DNA of 64,000 nt, from assembly GCA_963718615.1 (NCBI GenBank), contig OY970368.1:4896001-4960000 (forward strand), given 5' to 3'. A program made the position numbers and the translations under genes. The notes under the pieces are model-generated. The model did not search any database and was not told the DNA's origin. It saw only the letters and a program-made list of their open reading frames with translations. Source of the stretch: an uncultured cyanobacterium. Lineage in GTDB: Bacteria > Cyanobacteriota > Cyanobacteriia > PCC-9006 > JAAUQQ01. Positions 8,963 through 19,155 of the stretch are shown in pieces; within the stretch, counting starts at the first letter, position 1; each line of letters begins with the position of its first letter.

Positions 8963-10593
8963 GTTTCGCAATTCAATCGCTGTATTTGGATTGACTGAGT
9001 TGCCTGTTCGACTTTTTGCTTGAAGCTCCCTTCGAAAGATTCTTGGCAATAGAGCCGAAGCATTTCGGTCTGTGCCGGAGAACTCATAACGAGCACTCCA
9101 TTCGGTTGCCTTAGCCGTTCAATCATCCCGTTCTCACTCTGTTGCTGCTGATAAGAAACTGAAAAAGGAGCATGAGTGAACACACCTAAAGGATAGAGCT
9201 GAATGTGGCTGAAGGCTAAAGGCCTAGCGAGCACCGGATAGGCAAATTCAAAGGGAAATTCGGCCCCCCAGATTACAACAGGTTCATTCGGGAAATGGGT
9301 CAAGTCGGCTTGAACTTGCTGGGTCTTTTCCTGGGATGCAGCTTGCTCTGGCACTAAAATCACAAAATTCCACGCACAAACAATCAATAAAGTAAAGACC
9401 ATCATCGATTGACGGAGTCGTTTAGAAGAAAATTTTAGATTGTAGGACGATTGAGATGATTGCAACAAAGAAAAGGCAAGTAAAAGGATCAATAATGGAA
9501 TATAAACCCGTAAGATGCCAGGACGCCCCAGGATTCCAGTACTGAAACTAGCCCCAAGAAAGAGAAACCAGGCAATCGCAGTTGGCCATTTCGGATTGAT
9601 GCAAAACAGAAAGATAGCCGAAAACGAAAGGGGAAGAATTATGGGATGGGTAATTGCTTTCACCGCAGCCACACCCTGAAACCAGCTAGCTACCAGGAAA
9701 GGGATTGATCCCAATTCATTTAGCATGCTCATTAAGGTTTGGGGATTTGCAATGTGAGGATCTGCAAAAAACCAATGGGTGACTAAAGCCAAATCGTTAT
9801 CAGAGAAACCGTAACGAGCCATAATGTCGGGGCGTTGTCTGAGGTGCTCCGATGCACCAAAGTCTGTGAAGGGTGCCCGAGCAGTATTGAGTTGATTAAA
9901 ATATTGCCAGATCTGGCCCGTATAGCTGTGAGCCTCAAGCATGCTTGCTAAGAGGATACCTAGCCCCAGAAACAAGAGGCCAACTTGTAGCGATCGCTGT
10001 TTCCCAATAGCAGCCCAAGGCAACAGTGGCAGGGCAACAAATATCACAAGCATGAATTCCTGACTTCTCACAAGAAAGCCCAGAAAAGCTAAAATTAAAG
10101 CGCTGATTAGAAGAAGAAGAGATTTACATTGCTGGCTTGTATAGGCTCGAAGGCCAAGAATTGAAGCAACGGTGAGCAATCCTGAATTAATTGTAAACTG
10201 GGGGAACAGCATGGGTCGCGAAAAAATAAGCAGAAGACCCAACACAGCGATAGTTTTGCTTACTCTTAATTTTAATAGTGAGTAGAGGATGAGCCAAGCT
10301 GATAAACCCAGGCAAAGGAGGGTTGCAGATGAATAACCAACAATGCCATTAAAGTCAGGAATAACGCGGACGATATATCCCCAAATCGGATTTGAGAAGA
10401 TTAAGTAGGGTGAGCCGTAGGTTGCCAAACCATAACCATGAGCAACCATAGACATACCTACATCATCATTGGTTTCCCAGCGTGGCTCAAAGAAAAAGGA
10501 AAATACAACAAGAATTAAAATAGCTATACTAAATGACAGTAAGCCCTCGTATTTTCGAGTTATTCGAGTGAAGGATGGTAAACGGTTAAGCAC
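8959..10593 (-). CDS. Multi-TM membrane protein, probable GT-C-fold glycosyltransferase
   Basis: About 10-12 hydrophobic segments; acidic motif WETNDD in the first external loop; inside a sugar-modification operon. Confidence 0.6.
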   Translation of the reverse strand: MLNRLPSFTRITRKYEGLLSFSIAILILVVFSFFFEPRWETNDDVGMSMVAHGYGLATYGSPYLIFSNPIWGYIVRVIPDFNGIVGYSSATLLCLGLSAWLILYSLLKLRVSKTIAVLGLLLIFSRPMLFPQFTINSGLLTVASILGLRAYTSQQCKSLLLLISALILAFLGFLVRSQEFMLVIFVALPLLPWAAIGKQRSLQVGLLFLGLGILLASMLEAHSYTGQIWQYFNQLNTARAPFTDFGASEHLRQRPDIMARYGFSDNDLALVTHWFFADPHIANPQTLMSMLNELGSIPFLVASWFQGVAAVKAITHPIILPLSFSAIFLFCINPKWPTAIAWFLFLGASFSTGILGRPGILRVYIPLLILLLAFSLLQSSQSSYNLKFSSKRLRQSMMVFTLLIVCAWNFVILVPEQAASQEKTQQVQADLTHFPNEPVVIWGAEFPFEFAYPVLARPLAFSHIQLYPLGVFTHAPFSVSYQQQQSENGMIERLRQPNGVLVMSSPAQTEMLRLYCQESFEGSFKQKVEQATQSIQIQRLNCET

Positions 10594-10963
10594 GACTTAC
10601 TAATACTGTTCCTAATACAATAAAACTCACCCCAATTGCCTTCAGGACGGATATTGACTCTCCTAAAATAACTATACTTAGAAGCATGACGAGCACAAAA
10701 TTTAAGCTCATAAAGGGATAGGCATAACTCAACTCAAACTTTGTCATTGCAGCCATCCAAGCCAAGGAAGCCAAAAAGGCTGCTGCAAATCCTGAAAATA
10801 TTGCGGGGTCTAGGAGAAGAGAAAGAAGGAATTTCAGTTTGTCTAGGGCTTCTGTGGGTAATGAACCAAAATTTTCAATTCTCCACTTAAGAATTAGCTG
10901 ACCATATACAGTAAAAATAATGGTAGCTAGAATATAGAGATAATCAAGAATTCTGTGCGTCAC
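10586..10963 (-). CDS. EamA/SMR-type small membrane protein (ArnE/ArnF-like flippase candidate)
   Basis: 125 aa, 4 TMs, GQLILKW and ELSYAYPFMSLNFVLV..LGE motifs. Confidence 0.8.
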   Translation of the reverse strand: MTHRILDYLYILATIIFTVYGQLILKWRIENFGSLPTEALDKLKFLLSLLLDPAIFSGFAAAFLASLAWMAAMTKFELSYAYPFMSLNFVLVMLLSIVILGESISVLKAIGVSFIVLGTVLVSRA

Positions 10964-10968
10964 TTTAA

Positions 10969-11883
10969 TTACTCCAGAATGGCGATACCAAAGCCTGTTT
11001 CACCATAATTGTTGCCATTGTAAAGCATAAATCGCTGGTCTTTATGATCAAAAATAAAGGGATATTCAATCATTTCAGAATCCCAACCCGACGCGGAGAC
11101 ATTGATGCCAGCGATATCATCCTCTCGCTTCCAATTTCGCCCATCTTCTGACTCCGCATACCCAATGCGATAGGTCTTACCTCGAAATGAATACCACATT
11201 TTCCAGCCCTTTTTATCCTTAATAACAGACGGACGAGAAATGGCATATTCCTCTTCATTGAGGTAATCAATCGCAACATGTCCATCTCTTTTCCAATAAA
11301 CTCCATCTTCTGACTCCGCATACTTAATATGATAAGAATGTCTTGGATGACCATCTTGCATTGACCAGCCGGTGCATGACAAGTACCACATTCGCCAAGA
11401 ATCTTCAGTGGGTACAACAGCACAGCTAGCACAAAAATGAGGTTCTTGAGGTGAGCGATCGATAATAGGGCCAGGTGCAAACCGTTTAAACTCAGGTTCT
11501 TGCTCGACATTTGAATTGCTAATTGCTAAGCCGATTGAATTTCGAAAAGGAACTGTCACACCTAAATTCCATCCAATATAGTACAAGAGTCTATGTTTTT
11601 CTGTGCGAACCAACCAAGTTGCCATCGCTCCACTATCATCAAATTCACCTAATTTTCCAGGCGACAATACTGGAAAATGTGAAATCTGAAGAATTTTCTG
11701 AGGGGTGTTGATGTCTATTATGACAAAAGCTGTATGAGATCGATTCTTAAAGTCCCGAGTGCTAAAATAGATTCGAAACAAATCATCTTTAATGTGCTCG
11801 GCAATGGGGACAGCAGCATGGGATTGCATCCATTTCTTTTCTCCTGTAGGACAAAAGATTAGTCCCAGTTTCTTCCATTTCAT
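10969..11883 (-). CDS. Beta-propeller glycosylase/hydrolase-like protein
   Basis: MKWKKLGLIF start, repeated YAESEDGxxWKR blades, C-terminal MLYNGNNYGETGFGIA. Confidence 0.65.
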   Translation of the reverse strand: MKWKKLGLIFCPTGEKKWMQSHAAVPIAEHIKDDLFRIYFSTRDFKNRSHTAFVIIDINTPQKILQISHFPVLSPGKLGEFDDSGAMATWLVRTEKHRLLYYIGWNLGVTVPFRNSIGLAISNSNVEQEPEFKRFAPGPIIDRSPQEPHFCASCAVVPTEDSWRMWYLSCTGWSMQDGHPRHSYHIKYAESEDGVYWKRDGHVAIDYLNEEEYAISRPSVIKDKKGWKMWYSFRGKTYRIGYAESEDGRNWKREDDIAGINVSASGWDSEMIEYPFIFDHKDQRFMLYNGNNYGETGFGIAILE

Positions 11884-11891
11884 AACGCCAC

Positions 11892-12557
11892 TCAAATCCT
11901 TTTCAGCCTACTACTAGGAACACGCGATCGCTCCGTCGTCGCCCCAATATAAACCCCATCCGGCTCAGCATCCTTCAACAACAACGCCCCCGCCCCAATT
12001 ACACAACGTTCACCAATCGTAATATGATCCCGTAACGTTGCATTCACGCCAATAAAACAGAAAGATTTGATCTCAACCCCACCCGAAACCACTACATGGG
12101 AAGCCAAAAAACAGTGATCCTGAATCACAGAATGATGACCAATATGATTCCCACTCCACAACGTCACATTATTTCCAATCTTTACAAAAGGCTGAATTGT
12201 ATTGTCCTCTAAGATAAAACAATTATCACCAATACAACTCTCATTCAAAATCGTTGCATGAGAACTCACATAACTAGCAAGGTCATAGCCCAACGCCTTC
12301 ACCAGATCATACTTCTCCTGACGCAATCGATTTAGCTTGCTATAACTCAGTGCCACAAATAGCTCATACTCACCCGGCGGATAGTGTTCCGTAATTGCTT
12401 CAAAAGGCACTACAGGCAAGCCACAAAATACAGGCTCCGTTAAGTAAGCCGTATCAACAGTAAAGGCAATGACGTCATAATCAGAATCATGGCAAAAGTA
12501 ATAATGGGCCAGTTGCGCAATCTCTCCTGTACCAAAAATCACCAAAGGCTTCTTCAT
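11892..12557 (-). CDS. Sugar O/N-acyltransferase, hexapeptide repeat (NeuD/PglD-like)
   Basis: N-terminal LVIFGTG Rossmann-like domain plus left-handed beta-helix repeats (IGDNCFI, IGNNVTL, IGHHSVI). Confidence 0.88.
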   Translation of the reverse strand: MKKPLVIFGTGEIAQLAHYYFCHDSDYDVIAFTVDTAYLTEPVFCGLPVVPFEAITEHYPPGEYELFVALSYSKLNRLRQEKYDLVKALGYDLASYVSSHATILNESCIGDNCFILEDNTIQPFVKIGNNVTLWSGNHIGHHSVIQDHCFLASHVVVSGGVEIKSFCFIGVNATLRDHITIGERCVIGAGALLLKDAEPDGVYIGATTERSRVPSSRLKRI

Positions 12558-13201
12558 CCAGCTTTCCTCACCAAAATTGTAAACTCATATAGTCCATAGT
12601 CATGAAGCAAAGCCACCTGTCGTGAATAGGATCGCTTACATCGATCAAACCAAAAACAAGGATCGGCATAATGTAAATTATCCCGCATCTTATCCACATC
12701 TGAATAGGAGGTTAAGCAATTAAAGGCAAAGCCAAAACGACTGGTTTGATTGAGAATGTCAACGGTGGATTCAATATAGGATTGCCACTCCGCATAACTC
12801 CGCTCCATTTGCACATTAAAAATACCGCTGGCAATGCCATAGTCTGCGATTTCTAAGGGCTCAGAGGCAACGTGAAACCTGCGATTAGAATCCGGATAAG
12901 ATCTAGCGCTGAAACGCGATCGCGCCACTTCAACCATCTCCCGAGAAACATCATAACCAGCATAGTCAAAATTACGATACCGTTCAGCTAAATAATCCAA
13001 TAAAGCACCATAGCCACAACCCAGATCGTTGAGAGAGAAACCGTTTGATTGTGGCAGAATCCGAGTGAGTTGTTCAAACCGAAGCACTTGGCTTTCAGAT
13101 CCATTCCAATCTACCCCTTGGGGAGTATCACCATGCACAGAAAGTTTTGCCGCATAGTAGCTAGCGACTTCAGACAATAAATCAGTCATATGATTTTCCA
13201 T
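12554..13201 (-). CDS. Class I SAM-dependent methyltransferase
   Basis: LNDLGCGYG motif I, YAGYDVS, ASGIFN; start at 13201 or 13189. Confidence 0.88.
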   Translation of the reverse strand: MENHMTDLLSEVASYYAAKLSVHGDTPQGVDWNGSESQVLRFEQLTRILPQSNGFSLNDLGCGYGALLDYLAERYRNFDYAGYDVSREMVEVARSRFSARSYPDSNRRFHVASEPLEIADYGIASGIFNVQMERSYAEWQSYIESTVDILNQTSRFGFAFNCLTSYSDVDKMRDNLHYADPCFWFDRCKRSYSRQVALLHDYGLYEFTILVRKAG

Positions 13202-14111
13202 AGATTCGTCGCACAATCGTATAGGGTCGTTGCTTTGTTTCTGAAAAGATCTTAGAAAGATAAATGCCAATCACACCAATAAACGAAATAACTAATCCAC
13301 CCAAAAGCCAGATCGAAGCCATTACAGAAGTCCAGCCACTAAGAGGCTTGGCAAAAAATAATCGATTGACAACTAAGTAAAGCGTGAACAAACTGGCAAT
13401 TAGAAATATGGTTAAACCAACATAAAAGATTCCAATCAAGGGCGTATTACTAAACGAGGTGACTGAATTGATCAGCAACGACATCTTGCGGCGGAAAGTA
13501 TATGTGGTCTCGCTAGTGCTTTGTTTAGTGACATGTTGAGGTCGCTGAAAAAAACCCGTAATATGCCATAGTCCTGCCATGAAAACCTCCCGCTCTCGGT
13601 GACTTAGCAATGCTTTAACATAACGATGGGTCATCAGTCGTGCTGTCACAACATTACGAGGCAGGGCTAATCCTGTTAGTGCCTGAAATAGTGTATAAAA
13701 CCATTGTCCTGTTAGCCGTTCAAACAAATTGCCTTTGCGTTGATACTGTACACCATAGACCACATCACAATCTTCAGCTTTGAGCTGGGGGTAGAAATCC
13801 AAGAGCCATTCTGGCGCTTCTTCCAAATCGCTATCGATTAGAAAAATATAGTCTGCATCCGCATAGGTAAGCCCCGTCATCATGGCTTTGTGGTGACCAA
13901 AATTACGAGAGAGATCGATGACTTTCAGATGCGGATCTTCCTGACTCAGGGCCACCGCAACTGCCAAACTCTGATCCGGTGAGCCATCATTAACCAAAAC
14001 TATCTCATAGTCTTCGCCCACGAGCTGTTTTGCTGCCTCGGCAGAGCGATCGCAAAACTCGTGAATATAGGGCTCAGACCGATAGAGCGTTGCAACGATA
14101 GATAGCTTCAT
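13182..14111 (-). CDS. Glycosyltransferase family 2, GtrB/ArnC-like (polyprenol-phosphate glycosyltransferase)
   Basis: [23 protein letters not shown], two C-terminal TMs and KQRPYTIV tail. Confidence 0.92.
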   Translation of the reverse strand: MKLSIVATLYRSEPYIHEFCDRSAEAAKQLVGEDYEIVLVNDGSPDQSLAVAVALSQEDPHLKVIDLSRNFGHHKAMMTGLTYADADYIFLIDSDLEEAPEWLLDFYPQLKAEDCDVVYGVQYQRKGNLFERLTGQWFYTLFQALTGLALPRNVVTARLMTHRYVKALLSHREREVFMAGLWHITGFFQRPQHVTKQSTSETTYTFRRKMSLLINSVTSFSNTPLIGIFYVGLTIFLIASLFTLYLVVNRLFFAKPLSGWTSVMASIWLLGGLVISFIGVIGIYLSKIFSETKQRPYTIVRRIYGKSYD

Positions 14112-14803
14112 GGCCGCACATACCGCATGTACTGAGGGGTTTCAGGGCCACAGTTAAACAGCATGTCCAGAATAGTAACACCGTGGACGAACTCTCCCCA
14201 AAGCTGAGGATATTCCCCGTAGCCCCCGTAATCAAACCAGGTCACCTTGATATTTTGGGCCGCAAAGATCGACTCGTCTAAGTACTCTTGGGCGGCTGGT
14301 CCTGAGAAATATTCCGATGCTTGGGCTTGACGACAAAGGTACGCTAGACGCTCGGTCTTGCCCTCAATCAGCTGATAGTCCCAGGAATTGCGAATCGTTG
14401 TCGTGATACCCAAATAGCGGCACACGGCCTCAATCAAATCTCGGTTGAGGGCTGATAGATGGCTGTAGATGCGATCGCGATAATAGGGCTCTAGCCATTG
14501 GGCAACCTCGGTGAAATAGGGCGATCGCCCATAATTACACACCAAAGCCTTCCAATGATCCGCCGCCCAAGCCGTATCCCGAATCTCGGTCTCACGAATG
14601 GTTTGCAGATATTTACCCTTCACCTGCACCGGCACGGTTAACCATTGTAGTCCTTGAGGCGTTTTGATCTTATTACGGTTGCGCCAATCCCGCCGCGTGT
14701 ATTGCATATCGTCGTAGAGAATGAACTCATCGACTGCCGCAATCAAGTCAAAATAGCCCTTCCAAGGAATGTAGTTAGACTGAAGAATAGCAACCTTTTT
14801 CAT
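14108..14803 (-). CDS. WbqC family protein
   Basis: [47 protein letters not shown]. Confidence 0.9.
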   Translation of the reverse strand: MKKVAILQSNYIPWKGYFDLIAAVDEFILYDDMQYTRRDWRNRNKIKTPQGLQWLTVPVQVKGKYLQTIRETEIRDTAWAADHWKALVCNYGRSPYFTEVAQWLEPYYRDRIYSHLSALNRDLIEAVCRYLGITTTIRNSWDYQLIEGKTERLAYLCRQAQASEYFSGPAAQEYLDESIFAAQNIKVTWFDYGGYGEYPQLWGEFVHGVTILDMLFNCGPETPQYMRYVRP

Positions 14804-14870
14804 ACCCCTACTCACTCACATTTAGCGATCAACAGCATTCCAGAGCCCTGACGCCAGAGTCCTAACCAGA

Positions 14871-16454
14871 TCATTTACTTTTGAACAGTTGGTAAGGCGA
14901 ATTGGGTGGCTGGTTACTGACTGACTCTAAGGTAGTCTGGATATACTGATAGATCAGAGGATTCGTTTGCGAAAAGCGCAATTCTTCCCGCCCATCGAGG
15001 GGAAGATCAAGCACCACCGCAAAACCCGGATCTGCCGCTTTTATCCGTTCAATTTCCGCTTGCTGGAATGCCTGATTACGAGGAAACAGCGCATAGATCG
15101 ACCACATGGGAGATTTACGCTCCAGCAGTGCCGGAGCTCCGGGCCAAAATGGGGTGGCGATAAAAGGACGATCGCCCGGTGCAAACTCAGCCGCGAGGGA
15201 CTGTAAGAGCTGAATTTCTGCGGCGGTTCCTTGATGAACAGTGAGGCGATCGCCCACCACTTCAATCTCGGTGCATTGCCCCAAACGACATTGAGACCCT
15301 AAAAGCCAACCGAGCTGATGGGGAGCAGCGGTGAGCAAGCTGGCGATCGCAAACATCGAGAGACAAACCCACTTTACTTTGCTGGTCTGCCGCGCCAAAA
15401 CCGCAAAACAGAAAATCAGCCAGGGAAACGCCCCCAAGGCCAAATGCTCAAAGTCAGCACGGGAAAAGGCATAGTGGGCATAGGGTAGAGCCGTAAAAGC
15501 CGTGGCAACTTCCAGGGGGGCAATAGGCTTCCGTCTGACCACGCCTTGCCAGAGAACCCAGGGAATTGCGAAGACACCATACAACGCGACGGCTAAGAAG
15601 AAACAGCCCACCAAAACCTTAACTAAAGCATCAAAACCGCTCAATTCGGCAAAGGGAACCCGCCAAGGCCAAGGAACCGGCAAGGGCAAATTAGTCGATT
15701 TCAGCTCGAACAAGATAAAGCGAACACTTTCCACAAAAGCCGGAGCAAAGTCTTTCACCAGGGCCAGCATGAACAAAATCGGCAAATAGCCGTTGAGCAC
15801 CCCAATGGCACTGGACAAACAAGCCTTGGAAAAATGAACCCAGCTCCTGCGGGTGAGTGCCAGATAAACCGTGACACCCAACCCAGCCGCCACCCCATAA
15901 ACCCCATGGTTGCGGCCAAAAACCGCCACAAGACCCACTACGATTCCGGTAAAAAAGTAGCGATAGTAGGTCGGGCGCTGCACCAAAAACGCCAAGGCCC
16001 CCACCAAAAAGATCGAGAGCGCCGTATCGACAACTTTATAAAACGGAAACATCCAAAACCCAAGGACCAGGGCCGCGATCGCCAAAAAAAGAATTTTGGC
16101 TTTAATAGTTTCCGGCTTTGACCAGGCTCCAGCAATCAGCCCCATTGCAACCGCTAGCCCAAGGGCTTGGAAAATTGCCAGCGAACGCCGCAGCGCCATA
16201 ATGCCATGGCTGCCCTCCCAGTTCATCCAAAGGGCTGACCAGTAATAGCGCCCCGGATCGTAGGCCATAAAATCCCGAATCGGGACTTCGCCCGCCTGAA
16301 CCCGCTGAGCGCCATACCACAGAAACCCTTCATCTGCCAAGCTGAGACCGTAGCGTCCCTGCCACAAAAACAGGCCCATCACAACTGCGATCGCCCAAAC
16401 GGAGCAAAGGAATTGAGGGATAAGTCCTGAACGACGAAGCTGCATAAACACCAT
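14871..16454 (-). CDS. Multi-TM membrane protein, probable GT-C-fold glycosyltransferase
   Basis: ADEGFLWYGAQRV..GEVPIRDF..YDPGRYY loop after TM1; many TMs and a soluble C-terminal domain. Confidence 0.65.
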   Translation of the reverse strand: MVFMQLRRSGLIPQFLCSVWAIAVVMGLFLWQGRYGLSLADEGFLWYGAQRVQAGEVPIRDFMAYDPGRYYWSALWMNWEGSHGIMALRRSLAIFQALGLAVAMGLIAGAWSKPETIKAKILFLAIAALVLGFWMFPFYKVVDTALSIFLVGALAFLVQRPTYYRYFFTGIVVGLVAVFGRNHGVYGVAAGLGVTVYLALTRRSWVHFSKACLSSAIGVLNGYLPILFMLALVKDFAPAFVESVRFILFELKSTNLPLPVPWPWRVPFAELSGFDALVKVLVGCFFLAVALYGVFAIPWVLWQGVVRRKPIAPLEVATAFTALPYAHYAFSRADFEHLALGAFPWLIFCFAVLARQTSKVKWVCLSMFAIASLLTAAPHQLGWLLGSQCRLGQCTEIEVVGDRLTVHQGTAAEIQLLQSLAAEFAPGDRPFIATPFWPGAPALLERKSPMWSIYALFPRNQAFQQAEIERIKAADPGFAVVLDLPLDGREELRFSQTNPLIYQYIQTTLESVSNQPPNSPYQLFKSK

Positions 16455-16630
16455 GACAGGGCGTCTTCATCTGAGACATCGCACACTACTCTGCCATAGT
16501 TTCAATCGATGATGAACTCGCTGCAATACCGTCACCTCCCTTTGATAGGATTGAAAGTCGGGTAACCCGTCAAAATACCTATTGCTTTCGCTATCACATT
16601 CTAGAAACCGGCAGTCTGGAGGACCGCAAC

Positions 16631-17668
16631 GTGGAAAATACGCTTGGTTTAGAGATTATTGAGGTTGTCGAGCAGGCAGCGATCGCCTCAGCCCGCCTTA
16701 CCGGTAAGGGCGACAAAGATGGCGCAGACGAAGCTGCAGTAGAAGCCATGCGGGAGCGCATGAATAAAGTCCACATGCGCGGTCGCATTGTGATTGGGGA
16801 AGGGGAGCGCGATGACGCACCCATGCTCTTTATTGGCGAAGAAGTGGGTATCTGCACCCAGCCCGATGCAGCAAACTTCTGCACGCCCGATGAGCTGATT
16901 GAAATTGATATCGCTGTGGACCCCTGCGAAGGGACCAACCTTTGTGCCTATGGTCAGCCCGGTTCGATCGCGGTGTTGGCGATCGCCGAAAAAGGCGGTC
17001 TATTTGCAGCCCCCGACTTCTACATGAAGAAACTAGCGGCTCCCCCCCAGGCCAAGGGCAAAGTGGATATCGACAAGTCCGCCACCGAAAACCTCAAGAT
17101 TCTCTCCGAGTGTCTCGATCGCGCCATTGATGAACTCACCGTCGTGGTCATGAAGCGGGAGCGCCACAGCGATCTGATCAAGGAAATCCGCGAAGCTGGC
17201 GCTCGGGTGCAGCTCATTTCCGATGGCGACGTCGGTGCAGCGATCAACTGTGGGTTTGCTGGAACCAACATCCATGCGCTCATGGGTATCGGTGCGGCTC
17301 CCGAGGGTGTGATTACCGCTGCGGCGCTGAAGTGCTTGGGAGCTCACTTCCAGGGGCAGTTGATCTATGACCCGGCGATCGTCAAGACCGGCCTGATCGG
17401 CGAGAGCAAGGAAGCCAACATTGCTCGGATGAAGGAAATGGGCATCAACGACCCCGACAAGGTCTACTCCGCTGAGGAGTTGGCTTGCGGCCAGAACGTC
17501 CTGTTTGCGGCGACCGGCATTACCTCCAGCAACTGGCTTGAAGGGGTTCGCTTCTTTGGTGACGGCATCCGCACCCAGACCCTGGTCATCTCTAGCCAGT
17601 CCAAGACTGCCCGGTTTGTGGACACCATCCACATGAAAAACAACCCCAAACGCATCCAACTCAAATAG
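16631..17668 (+). CDS. glpX: Class II fructose-1,6-/sedoheptulose-1,7-bisphosphatase
   Basis: [40 protein letters not shown]; GTG start. Confidence 0.98.
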   Translation: MENTLGLEIIEVVEQAAIASARLTGKGDKDGADEAAVEAMRERMNKVHMRGRIVIGEGERDDAPMLFIGEEVGICTQPDAANFCTPDELIEIDIAVDPCEGTNLCAYGQPGSIAVLAIAEKGGLFAAPDFYMKKLAAPPQAKGKVDIDKSATENLKILSECLDRAIDELTVVVMKRERHSDLIKEIREAGARVQLISDGDVGAAINCGFAGTNIHALMGIGAAPEGVITAAALKCLGAHFQGQLIYDPAIVKTGLIGESKEANIARMKEMGINDPDKVYSAEELACGQNVLFAATGITSSNWLEGVRFFGDGIRTQTLVISSQSKTARFVDTIHMKNNPKRIQLK

Positions 17669-17676
17669 ATGCAACC

Positions 17677-17704
17677 GTAGGGACGAACGGCGGTTCGTCC
17701 CTAC
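17677..17704. repeat. GTAG-type REP-like palindrome
   Basis: GTAGGGACGAAC-GGCG-GTTCGTCCCTAC, a perfect 12-bp stem just after the glpX stop. Confidence 0.75.
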
Positions 17705-17818
17705 CACCTGCAAATCCTTCAAAAGATTAACTTTCCCCTGAGATCTTTACGTTTCAGAACACAATAAAGGACGGCTTTTTAATACACCATTAAATAGATT
17801 GCTTTAGGAAAGGGTTTT

Positions 17819-19138
17819 ATGCATATCGCAGTGGTTGGACTGACCCACAAGACCGCGCCGGTCAATGTCCGCGAGAAACTGAGTATTCCAGAGCCCCAGA
17901 TTGAGGGGGCGATCGCCCATCTCCTCTCCTATCCGCATATCAACGAGGTGGCCATCCTCAGCACCTGCAACCGCCTCGAAATCTATTTTGTCGCCAGTTC
18001 CCTCGACGCCGGAGCCCGCGAAGTCGTTCAGTTTTTATCGGAACACAGCAAGATTCACCTTGACGAGCTGCGCCCCCATCTCTTCACCCTGCTGCGTCAG
18101 GACGCGGGCTTACACCTCATGCGCGTGGCCTCAGGCTTAGATAGCTTGGTCCTGGGCGAAGGTCAGATTTTGGCCCAGGTCAAAACCATGCACCAGGTGA
18201 GCCAAAAGCATAAAGGCGTTGGCCGCATCCTCAACCGCTTACTCAAACAGGCCATCACCGCTGGAAAACGAGTTCGCACTGAGACGAGCATTGGCACCGG
18301 AGCCGTTTCCATTAGCTCTGCGGCGGTGGAACTGGCTCAAATTAAGGCCGCTGAGCGCGCTGCCTGCGGTGCGGGTTCCGGCTGTCTGTCGGATTATCAC
18401 GTTTGTATTCTGGGCGCGGGCAAGATGTCTCGCTTGGTCGTCAAGCATATGCTCTCTAAGGGCGGCACCCGGATTACGGTCCTGAATCGCTCCCTGGGAC
18501 GGGCAGAAAAATTGGCCCAGGAATTCAAGGACTTAGCAGACATCCAAGTGGGATTGCTGGATGACATGATGGCCCATGTGGGTCAAGTCGATATGGTATT
18601 TACCGGCACTTCGGCCACGGAGCCCCTGCTGGACCGGACCAAGCTGGAAATGCATTTGGCCGGAGACCGGCATTTGATGCTCTTCGATATCGCTGTCCCC
18701 CGCAATGTCCATGACGATGTGAAAGAACTGGCCTTTGTCCAAGCCTTCAACGTCGATGACCTTAAGGCTGTCGTCGCCCAAAACCAGGCCCAGCGTCGCC
18801 AAATGGCCATGGAAGCCCAGGGCATTTTAGAAGAAGAATGCGCGGCCTTCGATGCCTGGTGGCATTCCCTAGAAACCGTCCCCACGATTAACTCTCTGCG
18901 CGACAAAATCGAAACCATCCGCACCCAGGAGCTCGAAAAGGCCCTGTCTCGTCTGGGCACTGAGTTTGCCGACAAAAAACATCAGGAAATCATCGAAGCC
19001 CTGACCCGTGGCATTGTTAATAAAATTCTCCATGACCCCATGACCCAATTGCGGGCTCCCCAAGATAATGAAACCCGTCAACAGGCTATGGATACGCTGC
19101 GGCTGCTCTTTAACTTAGAAGAGGCCAAGGTGTCCTAG
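17819..19138 (+). CDS. hemA: Glutamyl-tRNA reductase
   Basis: [45 protein letters not shown]. Confidence 0.98.
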   Translation: MHIAVVGLTHKTAPVNVREKLSIPEPQIEGAIAHLLSYPHINEVAILSTCNRLEIYFVASSLDAGAREVVQFLSEHSKIHLDELRPHLFTLLRQDAGLHLMRVASGLDSLVLGEGQILAQVKTMHQVSQKHKGVGRILNRLLKQAITAGKRVRTETSIGTGAVSISSAAVELAQIKAAERAACGAGSGCLSDYHVCILGAGKMSRLVVKHMLSKGGTRITVLNRSLGRAEKLAQEFKDLADIQVGLLDDMMAHVGQVDMVFTGTSATEPLLDRTKLEMHLAGDRHLMLFDIAVPRNVHDDVKELAFVQAFNVDDLKAVVAQNQAQRRQMAMEAQGILEEECAAFDAWWHSLETVPTINSLRDKIETIRTQELEKALSRLGTEFADKKHQEIIEALTRGIVNKILHDPMTQLRAPQDNETRQQAMDTLRLLFNLEEAKVS

Positions 19139-19155
19139 GAAACGGTCCTGAACAT

